This document shows positions 39,270 through 47,188 of a DNA stretch of 48,929 nucleotides, in pieces (positions within the stretch are counted from its first letter, which is position 1; the number at the start of each line of letters is the position of its first letter). The notes beneath the pieces are model-generated. The model saw only the letters and a list, made by a program, of their open reading frames with translations. It was not told the origin of the DNA and searched no databases. The DNA lies in the NCBI GenBank assembly GCA_016880465.1, contig JAEHDK010000738.1:1-48929 (forward strand), in the 5' to 3' direction. The translations under genes and the position numbers were made by a program. Source of the stretch: Micromonosporaceae bacterium. Its GTDB lineage: Bacteria; Actinomycetota; Actinomycetes; Mycobacteriales; Micromonosporaceae.

Positions 39270-39631
39270 ACAACATGCTCGTGCTGCTGCCCATCGCCTG
39301 CGGTCTGCTGCTGGCCGGCGGCACCTTGGCCTGGCCGATCGCCTACCGGGCCGGCCTGCAAGCCCCGGAGCGCGCCGAGGAACTGGCCGCGGCCCGACAC
39401 ATGCCCGTCGTCCCGCCGGACGTCGAGAACGACAACGGCTACCGGCCGCAGCACAGCCTGGACGCCGCGCTTGGGTCGGCGACACCGCGGGACCGCATCC
39501 GAGCGCTACGCGCGCCCACCGAGGAGTTCCAGGCCATCGTGGCGTCGTCGTACCGGGCCGGTGAGTTCCCGCTGATCGGTCAGCCGGGCATGCCCTACCT
39601 GAAGGCGCACCTCGCGGCGGTGGGCCCGTGA
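39266..39631 (+). CDS. Hypothetical protein with N-terminal signal/anchor
   Basis: ATGA overlap. MLVLLPIACGLLLAGGTLAW is hydrophobic. Confidence 0.55.
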   Translation: MNNMLVLLPIACGLLLAGGTLAWPIAYRAGLQAPERAEELAAARHMPVVPPDVENDNGYRPQHSLDAALGSATPRDRIRALRAPTEEFQAIVASSYRAGEFPLIGQPGMPYLKAHLAAVGP

Positions 39632-39804
39632 CCAAGGTCCTCGTTCCGCAGCCGGAGGTCTGCCGGACCTGTCTCGGCGAGGGTTTCATCGGCCGGACCA
39701 CCCGGACATGGTGCCCGTCGTGTCGTTGTGCCGCGGGCTGTGGCCGGCCGTCCACGTCGATCGGTGGGATGTGCGTCGAGCACGAGCGGGAGGTGAAGCC
39801 GTGA
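39628..39804 (+). CDS. Small Cys-rich protein (58 aa)
   Basis: GTGA overlaps at both ends. CRTCLGEG...CPSCRCAAGCG. Confidence 0.4.
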   Translation: MTKVLVPQPEVCRTCLGEGFIGRTTRTWCPSCRCAAGCGRPSTSIGGMCVEHEREVKP

Positions 39805-40067
39805 GCGTGAAGATCGACCGTCGTCAGATCCATTACCTGCCGTTGGACAAGGCCACGGCTGAGCCCGGTGATGGCTTCTGGCACGTCTACGCCGACCGCT
39901 GGTGGTCCTACGAACCCGGCAAGGGTCTGCTGTTCTTCCGCAAGAGCGCGCAGTGCAACAGCCACGAAGCGATCGCGCGGAAGATCACGGCGACCTGTCA
40001 CCCGGATGCCGAGGTCATCTTCGTCCCACGCGTCTACGTCAGGCATGACTGTGGTGATTACCTGTGA
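39801..40067 (+). CDS. Hypothetical protein (88 aa)
   Basis: GTG 39801. This is the distal part of track ORF 39708-40067. Confidence 0.5.
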   Translation: MSVKIDRRQIHYLPLDKATAEPGDGFWHVYADRWWSYEPGKGLLFFRKSAQCNSHEAIARKITATCHPDAEVIFVPRVYVRHDCGDYL

Positions 40068-40930
40068 CCGACAAGCCGACCATCATCGAAGCACTCGCGG
40101 CAGTCATGGGTGAGGTCCAGGCTGTCGGCAAGGGTGACCGGAACAACGAACAGGGCTACAACTTCCGCGGCATCGACGCGGTCATCAACGCCGTGGGCCC
40201 CGCCTTCCGCCGACACGGCATCGTCCCCGTCCCGCTGAAGTCCGAGGCCAAGTACCGCGACGTGCTCACCTCCCGGGAGAAGCGCTCACGTGAGTGCACG
40301 GTGGCCGTTACCTACCGGTTCTACGGCCCGGCCGGCGACTTCATCGACTGCGAGGTGCCCGGCGAGTCCATGGATTTCGGCGACAAAGGCGCACCGAAGG
40401 CGATGAGCGTCGCCTACCGCATCGCGCTGATCCAGACGCTCTGCATTCCCACCCACGAACCGGAGCCCGACGCACAGACCTACGAGCGCGCGGAGGAACC
40501 GGCCGGCCCGACGGCCGAACAGGTCGAGAATTTCGCCGCCCTGGCACTGACGATCGCCGCAGCCGAGTCCACGGCAGGGCTGCGCAACGCGTGGGAGTTG
40601 GTCGTCTCGGCGTTCAAGGCCGACGACATCACCACCCGGCAGGCCAACGAACTGAAAGCCGAGATCAGCAAGCAAAAGGCCGAGATAGAGGCGCGCGATG
40701 GCACCGGCGACGGCGACGGAAGTGGCCCTGAACCTGGCCCGGCTGGCGAGGGACCTGGACCAGACGGTGCGGGCGCTGGAGACGGCCGACCGGGACGCGA
40801 CGGAGAAGCGGGCAGCGTTCGACCTGGCGTTCAGCCGGGCGTTCCTGGCGGCCGAGGGGTCGGTGGACCGGCGCAAGCACGAGGCAGTCGTCGCGACACA
40901 CCAGCAGCGGTTGGAGGCGGACGTGGCTGA
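40064..40930 (+). CDS. erf: Erf-family single-strand annealing recombinase
   Basis: QGYNFRGIDAVINAVGPAFRRHGI and DKGAPKAMSVAYRIALIQ fit the ERF pattern. The last ~75 codons are Gly/Pro-rich, have low third-position GC and overlap the next gene. Confidence 0.8.
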   Translation: MTDKPTIIEALAAVMGEVQAVGKGDRNNEQGYNFRGIDAVINAVGPAFRRHGIVPVPLKSEAKYRDVLTSREKRSRECTVAVTYRFYGPAGDFIDCEVPGESMDFGDKGAPKAMSVAYRIALIQTLCIPTHEPEPDAQTYERAEEPAGPTAEQVENFAALALTIAAAESTAGLRNAWELVVSAFKADDITTRQANELKAEISKQKAEIEARDGTGDGDGSGPEPGPAGEGPGPDGAGAGDGRPGRDGEAGSVRPGVQPGVPGGRGVGGPAQARGSRRDTPAAVGGGRG

Positions 40931-41054
40931 TGCACTGGTCCGGCATCTGCGCCGGCGGATCGACGCGACGAAGGTCCGTATCGACGTGGGGCGCAGCTAC
41001 GGCGCCGCGGTGCGGGCCGAACTCGCGCTGGGCGGACAGGACGGTGAGCCATGA
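40698..41054 (+). CDS. Coiled-coil hypothetical protein (118 aa)
   Basis: High third-position GC across the whole ORF, including the 233 nt that overlap the Erf frame. Confidence 0.6.
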   Translation: MAPATATEVALNLARLARDLDQTVRALETADRDATEKRAAFDLAFSRAFLAAEGSVDRRKHEAVVATHQQRLEADVADALVRHLRRRIDATKVRIDVGRSYGAAVRAELALGGQDGEP

Positions 41055-41287
41055 AGGCGGAGATCAGCGTCGACCAGATCGGTTGCGGGAGCATCCGGCT
41101 CGACGGCACCGAAGTGAGCCACTTCGTCCGCGGGTTCACGCTCGAGGCCAGCATCGGCAGCGTCACGCACATGGGGCTCGACGTGGTGGTCACACGCGCC
41201 GAGGTGGAGGCGGAGACCGTGGTGGTGCCGGAGGTCTACGACCTGCTGGTGCGTCTTGGCTGGATACCGCCGGGCGGTGTGGCATGA
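41051..41287 (+). CDS. Hypothetical protein (78 aa)
   Basis: ATGA overlaps at both ends. Confidence 0.55.
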   Translation: MKAEISVDQIGCGSIRLDGTEVSHFVRGFTLEASIGSVTHMGLDVVVTRAEVEAETVVVPEVYDLLVRLGWIPPGGVA

Positions 41288-41583
41288 CGCTGCCCTACGT
41301 ACCGGACGTGGCGACCGAGCGGTGTCCACGATGTGCCAAGAAGCTTGCGGTGGATCTCGGCCAGGACGCGGACACGGGCTGGGTGCACGAGCACCTGTCC
41401 TGCTGGTCCTGCGGCTACGAGGTCCGGGAGCGGGCGTGGCCGCACCGGACGGCGACGGTGCTGACCGTGCGGGAAATCCTGGCCCGCCGGCGCTCGTTCG
41501 TGGACCGGGAACTGCCCGTGTCGGAGATCGCCAAGATGTCCCGCGAAGAGTTCGAGGAGTGGGCCAATGGCGCTCACGCGTAG
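41284..41583 (+). CDS. Zinc-ribbon protein (99 aa)
   Basis: CPRCAKKL...CWSCGYEV. ATG 41284 lies inside track ORF 40930-41583. Confidence 0.55.
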   Translation: MTLPYVPDVATERCPRCAKKLAVDLGQDADTGWVHEHLSCWSCGYEVRERAWPHRTATVLTVREILARRRSFVDRELPVSEIAKMSREEFEEWANGAHA

Positions 41584-41935
41584 CCCGATCGCCCGCCGGA
41601 CCCGGCTGAAGTCCCGGGTCAAGCCCGCGGTCCCGCGAGACGTCCTGAAGGCCCTCGCCGCCCGCTCTGGCGGTCTGTGTGAGGCTGCGCTGCCCGGGTG
41701 CCTGGGTAGGGCCACAGACCCGTGCCACCGCGTAGGACGCGCGCAGGGTGGCGGAGACGCACTCAGCGGACTGTGGCATGGCTGCCGCCGCTGTCACGAG
41801 TGGTGCCATGCCCAGCCGGCGGAGGCATATGACCTTGGCCTGATGCTCCGGTCGTGGCAGGTGCCCGAGTTGGAGCCGATGGCCTACCGGTCTGCGGGCT
41901 GGGTGCTGCTCGGCGAGAAGGTGACCTGGCTGTGA
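41567..41935 (+). CDS. HNH-like Cys/His-rich nuclease-family protein
   Basis: RSGGLCEAALPGCLGRATDPCHRVGRAQGG....CRRCHEWCHAQP resembles divergent phage HNH proteins. Confidence 0.5.
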   Translation: MALTRSPIARRTRLKSRVKPAVPRDVLKALAARSGGLCEAALPGCLGRATDPCHRVGRAQGGGDALSGLWHGCRRCHEWCHAQPAEAYDLGLMLRSWQVPELEPMAYRSAGWVLLGEKVTWL

Positions 41936-42612
41936 GCGTCGTCGGGTATCGCGTCCGAAACCATCCGCAGCAGGTCGCGCGCCGCGGTGCCCTGTCGGCC
42001 GTAGATGACCGTGCTACCTCACCGGACTTCTTCGCGACGCTGGATGTGATCTACGGCTTTACATTGGACGTGGCCGCGTCAGCGCACAACGCGAAGTGTG
42101 AGCGGTACTTCACGGTTGCCCAGGATGGCCTGCGGCAGTCCTGGGCCGGCGAAATGGTGTGGTGCAACCCGCCGTACTCGAGCATCGCGCCGTGGGTGGC
42201 GAAGTCATGGCGCGAGTATGAGTCGGCGCGCGGCATCGTCATGCTGCTGCCAGCCAACCGCACCGAGCAGAAGTGGTGGCAGTTGCTCGTCGAGCCCCGG
42301 CGCGACCAACCGGGCTCGCCACTGCGGGTGAAGTTCCTACCGGGTCGGCTGCGGTTCATCCATCCCGAGTCGATCGCCATCGGTCCGAACGAACGCCCAC
42401 CGTTCGGCTGTTGCCTGCTGATCTGGGGGTACGACATGACCGCCGAACTTGTCGCTCTGGGTCGCTGCCCGACCTGCCGCGAGCCCCGCTGGCGGGTCGC
42501 CAGATGCACGTGCACGCACCTGGTGATGGTGCACGACCTGAACAAGCGCGGCACCCGGACGGCCTGTTCGCACCTCGGCTGCGGCTGCAAGGCGTTCGAG
42601 GAGGCGCCGTGA
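41932..42612 (+). CDS. Phage Dam-like N6-adenine DNA methyltransferase (NPPY) with Cys-rich C-terminal extension
   Basis: LDVAASAHNAKCERYFT..DGLRQSW.GEMVWCNPPYSSIAPWVAK is the phage Dam-family pattern. C-terminal CPTCREPRW..CTCTH...CSHLGCGC. Confidence 0.85.
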   Translation: MSVVGYRVRNHPQQVARRGALSAVDDRATSPDFFATLDVIYGFTLDVAASAHNAKCERYFTVAQDGLRQSWAGEMVWCNPPYSSIAPWVAKSWREYESARGIVMLLPANRTEQKWWQLLVEPRRDQPGSPLRVKFLPGRLRFIHPESIAIGPNERPPFGCCLLIWGYDMTAELVALGRCPTCREPRWRVARCTCTHLVMVHDLNKRGTRTACSHLGCGCKAFEEAP

Positions 42613-42914
42613 GCGAACCATTCGTCGCCTTCAGCCCAGGCATGAAGTTCGGCCGGGCGACCGTGAACAACACCCAACTGTCCGTCGAGGCCGTAGCGGA
42701 CCTGGTCTACGCGGGCGAGGCCGTTGGTGCGGTGGCCCACGAGTACGCCATCACCCAGGCTGATGTTCTGGTCGCCTGCTGGTACATGGGCACGCACGGA
42801 ACGAGGACCTGGCGCAAACGCTGGGCTGTCTGGGCTCGGGATGCCGAGTACGAACTCTGGCGTGGCCAGTATGAGGTGCCCGACCCGCCGTCGCGGGAGG
42901 TGGCCGATGCGTAG
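42609..42914 (+). CDS. Hypothetical protein (101 aa)
   Basis: GTGA overlap. This is the distal part of track ORF 42273-42914. Confidence 0.5.
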   Translation: MSEPFVAFSPGMKFGRATVNNTQLSVEAVADLVYAGEAVGAVAHEYAITQADVLVACWYMGTHGTRTWRKRWAVWARDAEYELWRGQYEVPDPPSREVADA

Positions 42915-43293
42915 CACCTACGACCTGGACCTCGGCGCCGACGTGGACTGGCTCGTGCGCGCGAGCTGTAGGAGCTACGACCCGGAGTGGTGGTCGGTGC
43001 CCAACCAGCACAACCGGCGGGCCAAGGCCATCTGCGGCGGGTGCCCGGTTAAACGGCAGTGCCAGGTCCGCGCCGAGGAACTGGGCATCACCGGCATGGT
43101 GATCGCCGGCAAGTCTGTCCTTGAGTCGGGACGTACCCGCCAAGCTCCGGGAACGTCGGCGAGGTGTGCCCGGGTGTCGTGCAGCCGGGTGTTCTGGCGG
43201 GTGACCTGGCAGCAGCGGTTCTGCTCCAACGGGTGCCGGTATGTCGAGCGGAACAGGCGTGTCGCCGAACGGGAGCGGGCCAATGGACGTTGA
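42907..43293 (+). CDS. whiB: WhiB-family Fe-S transcription factor fused to a C-terminal FCSxxC zinc-ribbon module
   Basis: C..YDPEWW......AKAICGGCPVKRQC gives the four WhiB cysteines. The C-terminal CARVSCSRVF....QQRFCSNGCRYVERNRR resembles the repeats in the two HNH N-termini. Confidence 0.8.
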   Translation: MRSTYDLDLGADVDWLVRASCRSYDPEWWSVPNQHNRRAKAICGGCPVKRQCQVRAEELGITGMVIAGKSVLESGRTRQAPGTSARCARVSCSRVFWRVTWQQRFCSNGCRYVERNRRVAERERANGR

Positions 43294-43582
43294 CCGGCTG
43301 GAGTCGGTCGCGGCCCAGCTCGCCGCCCGGGTCAGAGAGGACGACCCGGAAGCCAACCGGCGCTGGCTGCACGCCAACACCACGCCGGAGGAGCGGGAGG
43401 CGCTGCACTACGTGCAGGCGGCAGCGACGCCGGTGGACGTGCCGTGGAGTCACCTGATCGCCTGGACCAGGATTCCCGGCGGGCCGGACACGCCGGGCAA
43501 CGTGGCCAAGCGGCGGCGGGAGCTGCTCGACGCGCTGGACTCGCAGGTGGGCAACAACCAGCACGGGCCCAAGGTGGCGTGA
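43283..43582 (+). CDS. Hypothetical protein (99 aa)
   Basis: ATG 43283 lies inside track ORF 43241-43582. Confidence 0.5.
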   Translation: MDVDRLESVAAQLAARVREDDPEANRRWLHANTTPEEREALHYVQAAATPVDVPWSHLIAWTRIPGGPDTPGNVAKRRRELLDALDSQVGNNQHGPKVA

Positions 43583-43884
43583 TGAACGTCGACACCACCG
43601 AGCTTGTCAGCGCGGCCGAGATCGCCGACTTGGCGGAACGGCCTTTGTCGTCGGTCTACCTGTGGCTGGACCGCGACGACTTCCCCGCGCCGGTGCGCAC
43701 GTTCGGCAAGAAGTTCCGCGTCTATCTACATGCGGACGTCGTCGCCTGGCTCAACGCCCGGCCGCGGCCGGCGGAGCACGGAACCCTGGGCGCGTACCAG
43801 CGGTGCGTGGAGCGGTGTGCCGACTGCCGGCGGGCCAACGCGGAGTATCAGCGGGCGTGGCGCCAACGTAGGCGGGTGGCGTGA
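43582..43884 (+). CDS. AlpA/excisionase-type HTH protein with C-terminal HGTLGAY..C..C..CRRANAEYQR motif
   Basis: SAAEIADLAERPLSSVYLWLDRDDFPAPV...YLHADVVAWL. Confidence 0.65.
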   Translation: MNVDTTELVSAAEIADLAERPLSSVYLWLDRDDFPAPVRTFGKKFRVYLHADVVAWLNARPRPAEHGTLGAYQRCVERCADCRRANAEYQRAWRQRRRVA

Positions 43885-44048
43885 TGCGCACCCACGTCTT
43901 CCAGCCCGACCCGGACAACGGCCCGGACCACCGTGGTGCGTACCGGTGCCACTGCGGACTACCGGAACAGCACGTGGCGCACCGGGTGCCGGAGACACAT
44001 CCGGACGCACGGCTGGTCGACGCGAGACGGATCGGGGAGACGGAATGA
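43884..44048 (+). CDS. Small His-rich protein (54 aa)
   Basis: The start overlaps the previous stop, with an ATGA overlap downstream. Below the track cutoff. Confidence 0.35.
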   Translation: MRTHVFQPDPDNGPDHRGAYRCHCGLPEQHVAHRVPETHPDARLVDARRIGETE

Positions 44049-44272
44049 TCATACGGCGGTGGTCTGATCACGTGCTCGCGGTCTACGAGCCCGACCGGTG
44101 GGGTGGACGGCTGGTGTACGTTGTGGACGATCGCGAAATCGTTACGCCGCAATGCAATCAGCGTGAATTGGAACGTGGGTTCGGGTATGATCGGGGTACG
44201 CCCGAGGGGAGCGCTCACCACGCTCGACCCTCGGACTTGAACCCCGATGACGCAGATCGGAGCCCCGCATGA
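44045..44272 (+). CDS. Hypothetical protein (75 aa), locally lower GC
   Basis: ATG 44045 lies inside track ORF 43604-44272. Confidence 0.45.
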   Translation: MIIRRWSDHVLAVYEPDRWGGRLVYVVDDREIVTPQCNQRELERGFGYDRGTPEGSAHHARPSDLNPDDADRSPA

Positions 44273-44421
44273 GTATGCCAGCGCCCCCCGACCACCGGAA
44301 GGAAGTCCGCCTCGCCGCGGCCGCCCTTCATGCGGCACTCAGCAACAAATGGGACGTCGCCCGGCGGTACATGATCCGCATCGGCCTGCCGCGCGGCTAT
44401 CTGTTCATGGGGCGCGGATGA
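44269..44421 (+). CDS. Small hypothetical protein (50 aa)
   Basis: ATGA overlaps at both ends. Confidence 0.35.
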   Translation: MSMPAPPDHRKEVRLAAAALHAALSNKWDVARRYMIRIGLPRGYLFMGRG

Positions 44422-45236
44422 GCGTACGGGTCATGACGTGGGTCTGGGAGCACTCTCGCTCCCAGCCGGCGCATCGGCTCGTCCTGCTGGCCATCGCGGA
44501 CTGCGCCAACGACGCCGGGGAGCAGGCGTACCCTTCCGGCGCGACGCTGGCCAAGAAGACCGGGCTGTCCGAGCGCGGAGTCCGTGCGGCACTGGTGGGC
44601 CTGGCGTCGATCGGCGAGCTCCACGTGGAGTACAAGGCCGGCCCGCGGGGCTGCAACCGGTACCGCGTGGTGATGAAAGACCATGCACCGGATGCCGGGT
44701 CCCAGGCCACCCCACCCGGCACGAGCAGCACAGTGAACGAGGTGCACAGTGCACCAGATGCACTCACTACCCGGCACGTGGTGCCAGGAACCCGGCACGA
44801 AACGACAGTGGACCCGGCACCAGGTGCCCCCGAACCATCAGAGAACCATCCTCCTACGGAACCGTCAGTAGAACCGTCCGGAGCGCGCAAGCGCGCGACG
44901 ACGTCCGGCACGCGCCTGCCGGACGGTTTTGAGCCTGACGCGGAGCTGATCGCCTGGGCGCGAAGCAAGGCGCCGGCCACCGGCAGATCCGATCATGAGG
45001 CGTTCGTCGACTACTGGCGGGCGCAGCCCGGCCAACGTGGCGTCAAGGTCGACTGGCGTGCCACCTGGCGCACGTGGATGCGCCGGCAGCAGGCCGAGGT
45101 CGCGCGGATCCGCGGGTCACCGCGCGGATTGATCGACGTCAACGGCCACAAGCTCAAACCCGAAACGGCCGCGCGGATCGCCGACCGGGAGCGGTTCGCG
45201 CGGCAGGACCGCCGAGCGCTGGAAGGACCGAAGTGA
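44418..45236 (+). CDS. HTH (HTH_36-like) replication initiator / replisome-organiser candidate
   Basis: VMTWVWEHSRSQPAHRLVLLAIADCANDAGEQAYPSGATLAKKTGLSERGVRAALVGL. C-terminal FEPDAELIAWAR...EAFVDYWRAQPG..VDWRATWRTWMRR. Confidence 0.7.
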   Translation: MSVRVMTWVWEHSRSQPAHRLVLLAIADCANDAGEQAYPSGATLAKKTGLSERGVRAALVGLASIGELHVEYKAGPRGCNRYRVVMKDHAPDAGSQATPPGTSSTVNEVHSAPDALTTRHVVPGTRHETTVDPAPGAPEPSENHPPTEPSVEPSGARKRATTSGTRLPDGFEPDAELIAWARSKAPATGRSDHEAFVDYWRAQPGQRGVKVDWRATWRTWMRRQQAEVARIRGSPRGLIDVNGHKLKPETAARIADRERFARQDRRALEGPK

Positions 45237-45691
45237 ACCTTGCGCAGACCCACGACCTGCTGATGTTCATCGCGGCGTACGACAACCGTCGATTTGATGA
45301 CGCCACGGTCTACGCCTGGCAGGAGGCCGTGAACGACATCCCGTTCGATGACGCCCGGCGTGCGGTGATCGATCACTTCCGCGAGTCCCGCGAATACCTG
45401 ATGCCGGTCCATGTCCGGCAGGGCGCGGTCCGGATCCGCAACGACCGTTCACCGGGTCCGCGGCTCGAACTCACGGGCGCACCGGCGGTTGCGCCGGAAT
45501 ACCGCCGCGAGGAGACGCAGGCGCTGATTCGACGGGTGCGCGACTCGCTCCCGGACGTGGGACGGGAGATCCTGCGTCGGCCGGAGTGGGTCGAGAACGA
45601 CAGGCGGCGCGCGCGTCACCTGCGCTCGGTGCCAAATCCGCACTTCGTCGCGCTCCCACCACCGGACGGCTTTCCGATGGAGGCGTCGTGA
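45233..45691 (+). CDS. Hypothetical protein (152 aa), follows the replication initiator
   Basis: GTGA overlap. This is the distal part of track ORF 45074-45691. Confidence 0.55.
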   Translation: MNLAQTHDLLMFIAAYDNRRFDDATVYAWQEAVNDIPFDDARRAVIDHFRESREYLMPVHVRQGAVRIRNDRSPGPRLELTGAPAVAPEYRREETQALIRRVRDSLPDVGREILRRPEWVENDRRRARHLRSVPNPHFVALPPPDGFPMEAS

Positions 45692-45813
45692 GCTGGTGGC
45701 AGGTCGGCCGGCCTGAACCGGCGGGATGGCACCGAAGTGTGATCTTGGTGTTCGGGTTGGCCGTGGGTCTGGGGCTGGGACTGTGGTGGATGTTGTTCCT
45801 GATGGGGGCGTGA
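45688..45813 (+). CDS. Small membrane peptide (41 aa)
   Basis: GTGA overlap. VILVFGLAVGLGLGLWWMLFLMG. Confidence 0.35.
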   Translation: MSWWQVGRPEPAGWHRSVILVFGLAVGLGLGLWWMLFLMGA

Positions 45814-46073
45814 TGGAAGATCAAGAACGCACCGCGATGCCAGTCTTTGTGATCAAGGCCAAGGACACGTTCGCACCGATGGGTGAGCGGATGCCGAAGA
45901 TGATCGTCGGCCCGGGCGACTACATGGCGATGGTCGGCCCCGGCGGCGAGTGGCCGCTGGACACCAGCGCGGATACGGCCACCTGCCCTCGCTGCGGGTT
46001 CGTCCTGGCCGTTGCCGAGGACAGCACCATGGGGGAACTCGCCGACCTGATCGAGGAGCATCGCTGTGGCTGA
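45813..46073 (+). CDS. Hypothetical protein (86 aa)
   Basis: ATG 45813 overlaps the previous TGA. Confidence 0.5.
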   Translation: MEDQERTAMPVFVIKAKDTFAPMGERMPKMIVGPGDYMAMVGPGGEWPLDTSADTATCPRCGFVLAVAEDSTMGELADLIEEHRCG

Positions 46074-46392
46074 GTTGGATCTCACAGCAGCGATAGAAGC
46101 CGGCAACGTGGCGGCTAAACGGTGCTACGTCGACCGCAATGGCTTCGCCGACGTGGCTGACCTAGTCGAGTTTCCCGACCACCACTACGCCCGGGTCTAC
46201 GCCGAGGCCGCCGTCCGGGCGGCTGCTCCACTCATCGAACAAGCCGCGCTGGAGGCTGTCGTAGCGCGGGTCGAGGCCACCTTCGTCACCGGCGCTAGTC
46301 CTGACTGGCTGCAGACCGGCGCCAAGCCGACCGCTTCGGTGATCCGGGAGTGGGTCAAGCGGACGATCCGAGGAGATACCGATGGATCTTGA
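46066..46392 (+). CDS. Hypothetical protein (108 aa)
   Basis: Track ORF with a GTG start. Confidence 0.55.
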   Translation: MAELDLTAAIEAGNVAAKRCYVDRNGFADVADLVEFPDHHYARVYAEAAVRAAAPLIEQAALEAVVARVEATFVTGASPDWLQTGAKPTASVIREWVKRTIRGDTDGS

Positions 46393-46738
46393 GACCCTGC
46401 GCCAACATCTCGACGAGGATGAGCGGGTAGCGCTGGCAGCCGGCGGCGATTCGCCGAACTGGCACCAACCGGACCCGGAGCGCGAACACGGCCGCATCGA
46501 AGACGACGCCGCCGATGTCGTCACCTACGACGAGAGCGCTCCCAGCGAGGCTCAGGCCGCGCACATCTCACGGCACGATCCGGCTCGGGTGCTGCGGTGG
46601 GTGAAGGCAGCAAGGCAGATCCTGGAGCGGCACACGCGTTCTTCGCCGACCAGTTGCTATCACTGCGCACGCGGCCGCTACGAGGACTGTCCTGACGTCG
46701 CGGCGGTCGCCTCGGTGTACGGGGACACCGATGGCTAA
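46382..46738 (+). CDS. DUF6221-like hypothetical protein
   Basis: AHISRHDPARVLRWVKAARQILERH is a motif I recognise from actinobacterial and actinophage proteins of unknown function. Confidence 0.6.
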   Translation: MDLETLRQHLDEDERVALAAGGDSPNWHQPDPEREHGRIEDDAADVVTYDESAPSEAQAAHISRHDPARVLRWVKAARQILERHTRSSPTSCYHCARGRYEDCPDVAAVASVYGDTDG

Positions 46739-46949
46739 GCGCATCAAGATCGAGGTGAGTCTGACCGTGAGTCTGACCGAAGCGCAACTGCGCGTGCTCG
46801 GGGACGAGATGCGGCGGCTGGGCAAGACGCGCGACCAGGTGATCGGAAGTCTGATCATGACTCGCTGGCAGATCCGGCGCAAGAGCGCACCGGCGGAGGA
46901 ACGGCTCCGCGCTGCTCTCGCGCGCCGTGGGGACGGTGAGGCCGGATGA
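46731..46949 (+). CDS. Hypothetical protein (72 aa), contains an in-frame tandem duplication
   Basis: Track ORF. VSLTVSLT is encoded by the 12-bp tandem repeat. Confidence 0.5.
   Translation: MAKRIKIEVSLTVSLTEAQLRVLGDEMRRLGKTRDQVIGSLIMTRWQIRRKSAPAEERLRAALARRGDGEAG
46755..46778 (+). repeat. Perfect tandem duplication 2 x GTGAGTCTGACC
   Basis: Read directly from the sequence. In frame. Confidence 0.9.
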
Positions 46950-47188
46950 GCGAGCGTTGGGAGACTGTCCCGGATGCGCGCGGCCTACCGGAGGCGCCGA
47001 TGCCCGAGTGCGTCTGCCCCGCCTGCGAGATCACCACCTTCGACGACATCGCCCGCCGTGAACGCGTCTACATCCGGGGCCTGCACCCCGAGTGCCCGGT
47101 TCACGGCGCCCCGACCCGCAGCGTCTACATCGGCACCGATGGCGGGCGCTACCCGACCCGCGCCGAAGCCGGCTGGAACGACCCGTGA
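46946..47188 (+). CDS. Hypothetical Cys-containing protein (80 aa)
   Basis: ATGA overlap upstream and GTGA overlap downstream. Confidence 0.5.
   Translation: MSERWETVPDARGLPEAPMPECVCPACEITTFDDIARRERVYIRGLHPECPVHGAPTRSVYIGTDGGRYPTRAEAGWNDP

Noticed and set aside
44233-44245. T-loop-like string (GGGGTTCAAGTCC on the minus strand) inside 44045-44272.
   Set aside because: The flanking bases cannot form a 5-bp T stem or an acceptor stem, and it lies within a coding region.
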